From positions 1 through 31,780 of IMG/VR virus record IMGVR_UViG_3300017777_000502: DNA of 31,780 nucleotides, one strand, 5' to 3'. This stretch comes from a virus. Lineage: Duplodnaviria > Caudoviricetes. This document shows positions 17,389 through 24,621 of this stretch, one piece after another (the first letter of the stretch is position 1; every line of letters starts with the position of its first letter). A program made the translations under genes and the position numbers. A model generated the notes under the pieces. It had not been told where the DNA came from and did no database searches. It saw only the letters and a program-made list of their open reading frames with translations.

Positions 17389-17436
17389 GTGTCAATTTTA
17401 CATCCAGCAACAGCCAGAGGCATCAACCATGGCTAA
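17389..17436 (+). CDS. Putative 15-aa leader peptide overlapping the primase start
   Basis: TTAGGAG SD five nt before GTG 17389; reads (M)SILHPATARGINHG. Its stop at 17434-36 lies just past ATG 17429. Confidence 0.35.
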   Translation: MSILHPATARGINHG

Positions 17437-19597
17437 GAAGACATTTGGATTCATTGCCCAAAACTTGGCCGATCTTGGCTACGAGCCAGTCCCCATAATC
17501 CGAGGCGAGAAACGGCCAGCCGTGGACAAGTGGCAGTCTGGTGGGTGGGAGGTGCACACCCAGCAGTTCGAAACCAACTACACCGGGCTGCTGACCCGAT
17601 TCAACCCCGGCGTGGACATTGATGTGTCAGACGAGGAACTGGTCCAAGCCATTCGCGCCATCGTCTTTGATGTCGCCGGGTGCCATGAGATGCCGCCACC
17701 CCGGCGCATTGGCAACGCGCCCCGAGAGTTGCTGCTGTTTCGCACTGAGGAAGAGTTCGCCAAGGTCAGCACCGCTGCCTACGTTCTCAAGACCGACAAG
17801 GCAGATGCCAATGGCAAGGTCAAAGGCTCCAAGGTCGAGATCCTTGCCAGTGGCCAGCAGTTTGTGGCCTACGCCATCCACCCCGACACCAAGCTGCCCT
17901 ACAACTGGAACGGTGGTGGTGAGCCGTTGGCCATGGAGCGCAGTAAGCTGGTGACGCTGGACGAGGCCCAGGCCAAGGAGATCGTGGCCAGGTGCGAGGT
18001 GCTGCTGTCGCTGCACGGGCAGCTTGTCGAGCGTAGATCCATCACCTCAGACTCAGGTGGAACGCTTGCGGACAGAATCCCGAACGAGCGCCAAGATGCC
18101 GATGACCCAATCCTGGCTCTATCCGCAGTTGGCGCCATGCCCAACCCCAACCTGCCGTTTGACGATTGGCTGCGCGTGCTGTACGCCACTAAGGGCGCAC
18201 TCAAGGAAGAAGGCCGCAACGCCTTTATGCGCTGGTCGGCCAAGTCCATCAAGCACGACCAAGCCTTTGCTGACAAGGAATGGCAAAAGGCCCGGCCCAC
18301 TATGCTGGGTGCTGGCTCACTCATATGGATGGCCAAGAAGTTGGGCTGGGCACCCGTGATGGCCATTCAGGTCGCGCAGCCTGTGGCCAACAGCGTGGTG
18401 GTGGACGAGGATGGCGAGGTGGCATCCCTTGTTTGGCCACACATGTCAGGCGGCAAAGCCCCCAAGCCGCTGAACACGCTGGAAAATTTTGCCGCCCTGT
18501 CCCGGTTTCTTGGCATCGAGTACCGAATGAACATGATGACGGGCGAGGAGGTGGTACGCATTCCCGGTATGCAAGTGGCCGAGGGGTCGGAGGCCAACAG
18601 CGCGGTCACCTACATGATGAGTCAGGCTCACCTGATGAGCCTGCCGTCTAGCTTGGTGCCAGAGTTCATGTCCATGATTTGCGCCCAGAACCCGTTTCAC
18701 CCCGCCCAGCAGTGGGTGGATTCCAAGCCTTGGGATGGCGTGAGCCGTTTGCAGGCATGGATGGACACCATCACAGCCGTGGACCAGCCACTGAAAGAGC
18801 AGATGATGCGCAGGTGGGCCATCAGCGCCATGGCCGCCCTGTATAAGCCGGGAGGTGTCAGCGCCCATGGCGTGCTGACCCTGCTGGGCGACCAAGGCAT
18901 TGGCAAGACCAGTTGGTTCTTGTCGTTGGTGCCTAGGGGTTTGGGCTTTGCCAAGGATGGGATGATCTTGCGGCCTGACAGCCCAGACAGCGTGCGCCAA
19001 GTCACCGCCAACTGGCTGGTCGAGCTTGGCGAGTTGGATGCCACCTTTCGCAAGTCGGACATTGCCGCCCTCAAAGCCTTCATCACCCAGGCCAGTGACA
19101 CCTACCGACTGCCCTACGCCAGAAAGAACACGGTCAACCCAAGACGGACGGTTTTCTTTGCCTCGGTCAATGACTCAAAGTTTTTGAGCGACAACACGGG
19201 CAACCGCAGGTACTGGACTATCGACTGCCTTGAGATTGACTACCGCCACCAGATCGACATGCAGCAGCTTTGGGCCGAGGTCAAGACGTTCTACCAAGCA
19301 GGCGAGGATTGGTATCTGGATGAGGCCGAGTTGGCCAGCCTGAACGAGTCGAACGAGCAGTTCATGACGCTGGACCCGATTGCCGAGAGGCTTGAGACTC
19401 GGCTGGATTGGGATGCGCCAAGCATTGATTGGCACTGGCGTACAGCCACCGAAATTGCCATGGCCATCGGGCTGACCAACCCGAGCAGGTCGGATGTGAC
19501 CCGCATTGCGTCCTATTTGCAAAAGAGTAAAGGGTGCAACCATAAGAGATCGCACGGCCTGACCAAGACCCTGGTTGCACCCTATGTGTTTGTCTGA
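17429..19597 (+). CDS. Primase-polymerase / PriCT-2 / VirE-family helicase fusion
   Basis: N-terminal bifunctional PrimPol motifs (PI..GEKRP, GVDIDV, HPDT..PY.W). PriCT-2 (FDDWLRV...FMRWSAKS.KH). C-terminal P-loop GDQGIGKT, VELGELD, RLPY and FLSDNTGNRRYW. Confidence 0.88.
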   Translation: MAKKTFGFIAQNLADLGYEPVPIIRGEKRPAVDKWQSGGWEVHTQQFETNYTGLLTRFNPGVDIDVSDEELVQAIRAIVFDVAGCHEMPPPRRIGNAPRELLLFRTEEEFAKVSTAAYVLKTDKADANGKVKGSKVEILASGQQFVAYAIHPDTKLPYNWNGGGEPLAMERSKLVTLDEAQAKEIVARCEVLLSLHGQLVERRSITSDSGGTLADRIPNERQDADDPILALSAVGAMPNPNLPFDDWLRVLYATKGALKEEGRNAFMRWSAKSIKHDQAFADKEWQKARPTMLGAGSLIWMAKKLGWAPVMAIQVAQPVANSVVVDEDGEVASLVWPHMSGGKAPKPLNTLENFAALSRFLGIEYRMNMMTGEEVVRIPGMQVAEGSEANSAVTYMMSQAHLMSLPSSLVPEFMSMICAQNPFHPAQQWVDSKPWDGVSRLQAWMDTITAVDQPLKEQMMRRWAISAMAALYKPGGVSAHGVLTLLGDQGIGKTSWFLSLVPRGLGFAKDGMILRPDSPDSVRQVTANWLVELGELDATFRKSDIAALKAFITQASDTYRLPYARKNTVNPRRTVFFASVNDSKFLSDNTGNRRYWTIDCLEIDYRHQIDMQQLWAEVKTFYQAGEDWYLDEAELASLNESNEQFMTLDPIAERLETRLDWDAPSIDWHWRTATEIAMAIGLTNPSRSDVTRIASYLQKSKGCNHKRSHGLTKTLVAPYVFV

Positions 19598-19795
19598 GGT
19601 TGCACCAAGTTGGCAGGTTGCACCGAGGTTGCACCTGCCGCAAACCCGCATGGTTATTAGCTTTGTGCAACCTGGTGCAACCTGGTGTAACTACTTTACT
19701 TAAAATGGATATTAGTGGAATATGGCAAATAAACACATAGAAAACGCAAATAGAAAGGTTAAGCAATTGGTTGCACCCGTTGCACCCGTTGCACC
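19533..19795. repeat. Iteron cluster (GGTTGCACC), putative phage replication origin
   Basis: Direct copies at 19573, 19598, 19616, 19627, 19769, 19778 and 19787. Inverted copies at 19533, about 19664, 19674 and 19684 (degenerate). An AT-rich tract lies at about 19690-19765. Confidence 0.8.
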
Positions 19796-20102
19796 CGATG
19801 ACTTTTTGGACGATGACCGGGTGACCTGCGACACCTGCCAACATCGAGGCGACCAGCCAGCCGATGAGTTTGTGGATTTGGACAAGGCAAGGCAACTCAG
19901 GACCATGGGCAAACGATTGGGTATGCCTGGCGACAAGTTTGAGCAAAAGGGCAACTGGCTCAGAATTTCATGGATTGAAGCCTGCTGCCATGCGACTGGC
20001 TTTTCGCCACAACCCAGCCAACTCAAGCATCGATGCCATTTGTATTCCAAGGCAACTGCACTGCCTTCATCGGTAGAATCCGATGCATGGTGGCTCGACT
20101 AA
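19722..20102 (+). CDS. Hypothetical Cys-containing protein (possible Zn binding)
   Basis: CDTC...CC...HRC. The N-terminal VAPVAPVAP is the translation of iterons. Confidence 0.6.
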   Translation: MANKHIENANRKVKQLVAPVAPVAPDDFLDDDRVTCDTCQHRGDQPADEFVDLDKARQLRTMGKRLGMPGDKFEQKGNWLRISWIEACCHATGFSPQPSQLKHRCHLYSKATALPSSVESDAWWLD

Positions 20103-20473
20103 GAAAAAGCATTGAACACACTGAACAGGTCAAACTGGTGCAGCGGGTCAGAGCCTTCTACCCTGATGTCATCATTGCTGCCATACCGAATGGGGGCAAC
20201 AGAACGGCCTCAGAGCGTGTCAGACTGCATCAGGAGGGGGTACTTGCTGGAATGCCTGATCTGTGCGTCCTTGAGGCATCTGGTGGTCACCATGGGCTGT
20301 TTGTTGAGATGAAGACAGCAACAGGGCAACAGAGCAAAGAGCAGAAGGCTTTGCAGTTGCAATTAAACAACAATGGGTATCTGTGCGCTGTCGCACGTTC
20401 AGCCCAAGAGGGTTTTGAAATTATTGAGGAGTATTTGAATGGCGAAAGCAAACACGCTGGCCGAGTGGGCTGA
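20087..20473 (+). CDS. VRR-NUC endonuclease
   Basis: EHTEQ, IPNGG.R, EGVLAGMPDL, LFVEMKT..G..S.EQ. Confidence 0.88.
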   Translation: MVARLRKSIEHTEQVKLVQRVRAFYPDVIIAAIPNGGNRTASERVRLHQEGVLAGMPDLCVLEASGGHHGLFVEMKTATGQQSKEQKALQLQLNNNGYLCAVARSAQEGFEIIEEYLNGESKHAGRVG

Positions 20474-20939
20474 CAACATTGTTGAAAGGCAGATTACCCT
20501 CAAAGACAAGGCAGCCATCGCACGCAAGGAAGCCTCAGACGTCAACAAGAAGATCCACCAGTTCGGTGGCGAGGTTGCCATTGTTGACAGACTGTCCCAA
20601 GGGGAAACCGTTTTGGGTGTGGCAAGGACGCTGGGTATAAGTCACACCGCTTTTTACGATTGGGTGGATAGAGGGGGCGAGGCACGCACTGCCGCTCTTG
20701 CGCGTGCACGCACGCGAGGTGGTCAGAGTTTAGCCGAGCAAACGCTGGAGATCGCCGACAGCGCGACCCCGCAAGAGGCGCAGGTGGCCAAGCTGCGGGT
20801 CGATACAAGGCGCTGGCTGGCCAGCAAGATGAACGAGGAATACAGCGACAAGCAGCAGCCTTTGGTCAACATCGATCTGGGCAGCATGGCACTCGATGCG
20901 CTGCGCAAGCGCAGCGTGGATATGCATACCGATAACTGA
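20439..20939 (+). CDS. terS: Terminase small subunit
   Basis: HTH (GETVLGVARTLGISHTAFYDW), then EIAD...VAKLRVDTRRWLASKM, the Sf6-like TerS pattern. Confidence 0.82.
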   Translation: MAKANTLAEWADNIVERQITLKDKAAIARKEASDVNKKIHQFGGEVAIVDRLSQGETVLGVARTLGISHTAFYDWVDRGGEARTAALARARTRGGQSLAEQTLEIADSATPQEAQVAKLRVDTRRWLASKMNEEYSDKQQPLVNIDLGSMALDALRKRSVDMHTDN

Positions 20940-20943
20940 CGGT

Positions 20944-20971
20944 ACTTCGCACAACGTCCATTATGTTAAGT
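20944..20971 (+). other. dif-like XerC/XerD recombination site
   Basis: ACTTCGCACAA-CGTCCA-TTATGTTAAGT has the 11-6-11 layout. The right arm matches the XerD arm TTATGTTAAAT at 10/11 and the left arm matches the E. coli XerC arm GGTGCGCATAA at 7/11. Confidence 0.8.
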
Positions 20972-20981
20972 CGATACAGAG

Positions 20982-21070
20982 TTATCCACAGATTAATGGA
21001 TACGTTTGGTTTAACTTGCAAGTTATCCACAGGAATCTGTGGATAACTGTGGACAAACCCCTGTGGACAA
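20982..21070. promoter_or_regulatory. Cluster of five DnaA boxes
   Basis: TTATCCACA at 20982-90 and 21023-31; TGTGGATAA at 21038-46; TGTGGACAA (1 mismatch) at 21048-56 and 21062-70. Confidence 0.88.
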
Positions 21071-21232
21071 GCCGATGCCGCGCCAGCCTGGGGCCGTGGC
21101 CGCGACCCCCCCGGTGGCCGCCTTGGCGGGGGCGGCTGCTGCGGTACCCCACACCCATCCCTGACAACCCTGAAAAATTTTTTTTAAGTTTGTCAAAAAT
21201 GTAACCAAGGGCACTTAAAGCAAATAAAGCAC

Positions 21233-21262
21233 TTGCACACCCTGATGAACTTGCCTTAAACT
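21233..21262 (+). promoter_or_regulatory. Possible sigma70-like promoter
   Basis: TTGCAC-N18-TAAACT, upstream of an AAGGAG RBS and ATG 21291. Confidence 0.45.
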
Positions 21263-21290
21263 GCAATTCCCTATAAACAAGGAGACACTG

Positions 21291-21455
21291 ATGGACACGA
21301 CATTTCTCAAAAGGGTACGCACGCTGTATCCGCAAAGCCGCCATCTGCAAAGGCAGTGGATCAAGAGCATTCGGCATCTGGGTGCTAAGTGGCTGATCTG
21401 TCAGCCGCAGCCACAGGACAAGCTGCGTGAGCAGGCGGCGGGGCGGTGGGCATGA
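21291..21455 (+). CDS. Hypothetical protein, 54 aa (not in ORF track)
   Basis: MDTTFLKRVRTLYPQSRHLQRQWIKSIRHLGAKWLICQPQPQDKLREQAAGRWA; AAGGAG RBS and ATGA overlap. Confidence 0.75.
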   Translation: MDTTFLKRVRTLYPQSRHLQRQWIKSIRHLGAKWLICQPQPQDKLREQAAGRWA

Positions 21456-21655
21456 ACTGCTGCGATGCAAACGGCAATTGCCGACAGGGCCGTGATTGCC
21501 CTGTGAGGGGGTATTGGAAGAATCCACCAGAGACAAAACTCAGCGTCATTGCTGAAGACGAGCAGCCAACCCCAGCCGATGGGCAACTGGTCTGGGTGGT
21601 GGTGGCGTTTATCACCCTGATGCTGGGCCTGTTGACTTTGAGGAGTTGTTTATGA
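21452..21655 (+). CDS. Small membrane protein with N-terminal Cys cluster
   Basis: MNCCDANGNCRQGRDCPVR followed by a C-terminal TM; ATGA overlaps at both ends. Confidence 0.7.
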   Translation: MNCCDANGNCRQGRDCPVRGYWKNPPETKLSVIAEDEQPTPADGQLVWVVVAFITLMLGLLTLRSCL

Positions 21656-22314
21656 CACCGAACACAATCCAATTCAGCGGTACAGACAGCACATGGGTGA
21701 TGCGTATTACCGCAGATCGCCGCATTGAAGTTAACGAAGACGTTGAGGTTACTGAAGCAGCACAGAAAGTTCTGGATGCCTTGCAGCATTTGTTAAAAAT
21801 AGAACCTGTGCAGGAGCCTGTGGCGACAGTCACAAGCGAATCAGGAAATCCAGATGTAGCGATGTCATGGTGGCATGAACCGCCATTGCCTGTTGGCACA
21901 AAGCTCTACACCACCCCACCCGCAGCACAGCCAGCACCTGTCAAGGTTTGGGAAGCCGAAGGCTATGACGCGCTGATGAAAGAGATGCAGATGGTCAAGG
22001 CCAGAAACATTCGGCAGCACGCTGAGATTGAGCGACTGAAGGCAGCACCTGTGCAGCCTGTGAAGGGATGCCAGCACAAGCGGTATTCAGTCGATGCGCG
22101 TGAAGGGACGGGCACATGCCACGATTGTGGTGCAGAAGGCCAAATGCAATTTGTCGTCGGTGATACTTCCTCGGTTGCCACCCCACCCGCATCACAGCGG
22201 CAATGGGTTGGTCTGACGGATGAGGAGCGCACAGAAATTAGGCGAGAACATTACGCACGAACACTTCCACTTATGGATGCCATCGAAGCCAAACTTCGCG
22301 AGAAAAACATATGA
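21652..22314 (+). CDS. Mosaic hypothetical phage protein
   Basis: GAGGAG RBS. Modules are joined by linkers (QEPVA, LYTTPPAAQ, QWVGLTDEE, AIEAKLREKN) typical of variable phage accessory genes. Confidence 0.7.
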   Translation: MTPNTIQFSGTDSTWVMRITADRRIEVNEDVEVTEAAQKVLDALQHLLKIEPVQEPVATVTSESGNPDVAMSWWHEPPLPVGTKLYTTPPAAQPAPVKVWEAEGYDALMKEMQMVKARNIRQHAEIERLKAAPVQPVKGCQHKRYSVDAREGTGTCHDCGAEGQMQFVVGDTSSVATPPASQRQWVGLTDEERTEIRREHYARTLPLMDAIEAKLREKNI

Positions 22315-22535
22315 CCCCGAAACAAGAACTGGCTTTGCGGGAATACTTGCAAGAATCCATCTTGCCGCTGATTGAAGATGTGCTGACCAAGAAACTGGGG
22401 CAAGCCATGACGTTTGCGAAAGAAGAACTTGCACAGCCAAAGCCAGCAGTCCCTGATGCCATCACCGACAACAGCGAAACCCCCGAGTACATCCAAGGCT
22501 GGAACGACTGCCGACAGGCGATGCTGGCCGCATAA
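22311..22535 (+). CDS. Hypothetical protein
   Basis: ATGA overlap; C-terminal YIQGWNDCRQAML motif common in phage accessory proteins. Confidence 0.7.
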   Translation: MTPKQELALREYLQESILPLIEDVLTKKLGQAMTFAKEELAQPKPAVPDAITDNSETPEYIQGWNDCRQAMLAA

Positions 22536-22544
22536 TTGACGCAT

Positions 22545-23954
22545 ATGGCAAAAGAAAATGTGTTTCAGCAGTGGGTGGAGAGGTATCAGCCTGACCCGGT
22601 GCTGTTTGTGCGGGAGGTGCTGGGGGTAGATCCGGACCCGTGGCAGGTGAAGTTTCTCCAGGCGATTGCCCGTGGGGACAGGAAGATATCAGTGCGCAGC
22701 GGCCACGGGGTGGGGAAATCTACGGCATCAAGCTGGGCCATGCTGTGGTACTTTATGACCAGATCACCCGTGAAGGTGGTGGTGACCGCGCCGACCAGCA
22801 GCCAGCTTTATGACGCGATGTTTGCGGAACTGAAGCGGTGGATCAATGCGATGCCTGCCCCATTGCAGGGGTTGCTGACTGTGAAGCAAGAGCGCATTGA
22901 GTTCAACGCAGCGCCGACTGAGATGTTCATCTCAGCCAGGACATCACGGGCCGAGCAGCCCGAGGCTTTGCAGGGCATTCACTCTGAGTATGTGATGCTG
23001 GTGGCCGATGAGGCCAGCGGTGTGCCAGAGCAGGTGTTCGAGGCGGCGGCGGGCAGTATGTCGGGCCACAACGCTGTGACGCTGCTGCTGGGCAACCCGG
23101 TGAGGTCATCAGGGTTCTTCTATGACACCCACACCCGGCTGGCTGGGGAGTGGACCACGTTTCAGGTGGCGTGTACCGACTCGCCAAGAGTCAGTGACGA
23201 GTATGTGAAGGAGATGGCGCAGCGGTACGGTGAGGACAGCAACGTCTACCGCATTCGCGTGATTGGGGAATTCCCCAAGGGTGATGACGACACCATCATT
23301 GGCATGGACCTGCTGGAAAGTGCGGTGCATCGGGATGTGGCCCCGAGCCAGTCGGCACCCATGGTGTGGGGGTTGGATGTGGCGCGGTTTGGCAGTGACA
23401 GGTCGGCGCTGTGCAAGCGCCAAGGCAACGTGATGACCGAGGCCATCAGGACTTGGAAGAATCTGGACCTGATGCAACTGACGGGTGCTGTGGTGGCTGA
23501 GTACAACGTGCTGCCGTCAAGCCAGCAGCCCAAAGAGATTTTGGTGGACAGCATCGGTCTTGGGGCTGGGGTGGTGGACAGGCTTAGAGAGCTTGGCCTG
23601 CCAGCTAGGGGCATCAATGTGTCCGAAAGCCCAGCCATGGGCGGCACCTATCGCAACCTGAAAGCTGAACTTTGGTACAGGGCCAAGGCGTGGCTGGAGG
23701 CGAGAGACTGCAAGCTGGCCAAGGACGAGGTGCTGATTTCCGAATTGGCCACGGTGCGGTACACCTTCACCAGTAATGGGAAAATTGCCATTGAAGGCAA
23801 AGACGAGATCAGGAAGAGGGGATTGCCCAGCCCTGACAAGGCTGATGCTTTTGTCTTGACGTTTGCAAGCGATGCGATTGCCGGGATGTACGGGTCAGCA
23901 GGCAGCAACAAGTGGAGCCAGCCGCTGCGCCGAAACCTGTCGAGGGTTGCATAA
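22545..23954 (+). CDS. terL: Terminase large subunit
   Basis: Walker A RSGHGVGKS, Walker B LVADEASG, motif III LGNP, and nuclease residues GLDVARFGSD, VDSIG and SPDKADA. Confidence 0.95.
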   Translation: MAKENVFQQWVERYQPDPVLFVREVLGVDPDPWQVKFLQAIARGDRKISVRSGHGVGKSTASSWAMLWYFMTRSPVKVVVTAPTSSQLYDAMFAELKRWINAMPAPLQGLLTVKQERIEFNAAPTEMFISARTSRAEQPEALQGIHSEYVMLVADEASGVPEQVFEAAAGSMSGHNAVTLLLGNPVRSSGFFYDTHTRLAGEWTTFQVACTDSPRVSDEYVKEMAQRYGEDSNVYRIRVIGEFPKGDDDTIIGMDLLESAVHRDVAPSQSAPMVWGLDVARFGSDRSALCKRQGNVMTEAIRTWKNLDLMQLTGAVVAEYNVLPSSQQPKEILVDSIGLGAGVVDRLRELGLPARGINVSESPAMGGTYRNLKAELWYRAKAWLEARDCKLAKDEVLISELATVRYTFTSNGKIAIEGKDEIRKRGLPSPDKADAFVLTFASDAIAGMYGSAGSNKWSQPLRRNLSRVA

Positions 23955-23980
23955 TCTGGGAATTACCAACTGGAGCTTTT

Positions 23981-24469
23981 ATGGCCACAATGCAGCGCAC
24001 CATGGAACAAGTCATGGACAAGGAAGAAGGCGAGGACATGAGCGCAGGCGAGAACTGCCCCATGCCAACGCAAGACATTACGCTGAATTTAAAGAATCGG
24101 GCCAAGGCCATCACCAGTGCGTCCTACGGTCCTGAGAATCCAAAGCTGCCCAACAGTGCGTTTTGGGCCAAGAAGGCTGACCAGTGGGATGTTTCCACAG
24201 ATGACGCAAAGCAAAGCCTGTGCGGCAACTGCGCGGCATTCAACGTGTCGGATACGCTGAAGAAGTGCATTGCCGAGGGCATCGGCATGGAGGCCGACCC
24301 ATGGGGGACGATCAAGCTGGCCGACTTGGGCTATTGCGAGATTTTCGATTTCAAGTGCGCAGCCAGCCGGACCTGCGATGCATGGGTGGTGGGCGGTCCC
24401 AACACGGGTGAGCAAGAGGGTGAAGAGGACGAAGATGGCATGGTGTATGCCGAAGGGGATGAAGCATGA
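23981..24469 (+). CDS. Cys-rich protein with HiPIP-like cysteine pattern
   Basis: GGAG RBS. Contains CGNCAAF...GYCEIFDFKCAASRTCDAW, with acidic termini. Confidence 0.6.
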   Translation: MATMQRTMEQVMDKEEGEDMSAGENCPMPTQDITLNLKNRAKAITSASYGPENPKLPNSAFWAKKADQWDVSTDDAKQSLCGNCAAFNVSDTLKKCIAEGIGMEADPWGTIKLADLGYCEIFDFKCAASRTCDAWVVGGPNTGEQEGEEDEDGMVYAEGDEA

Positions 24470-24621
24470 AAGCAGGTTTGTATGCCAACATCAACGCCAA
24501 ACAGGCACGCATTGCCGCTGGCTCCAAAGAGAAGATGCGCAAGCCTGGCGCCAAGGGGGCGCCAAGTGCAGCCGACTTTAAGGCGGCGGCCAAGACAGCC
24601 AAGCCAGTGAAGAAGAAATGA
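24466..24621 (+). CDS. Small very basic protein, 51 aa (not in ORF track)
   Basis: MKAGLYANINAKQARIAAGSKEKMRKPGAKGAPSAADFKAAAKTAKPVKKK, with ATGA overlaps at both ends. Confidence 0.85.
   Translation: MKAGLYANINAKQARIAAGSKEKMRKPGAKGAPSAADFKAAAKTAKPVKKK

Noticed and set aside
18700-19400. VirE ('virulence-associated E') domain as a virulence factor
   Set aside because: It is the P-loop helicase part of the primase fusion; the name is historical.
19533-19795. Repeats as a CRISPR array
   Set aside because: The units are 9 bp, in both orientations, with irregular short gaps and no unique 30-40 bp spacers.
20982-21070. Host oriC or chimeric assembly
   Set aside because: Both flanks are contiguous phage genes (terS upstream; small phage ORFs and terL downstream), with no dnaA, dnaN, gidA or other host genes. 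Read mapping would settle it.
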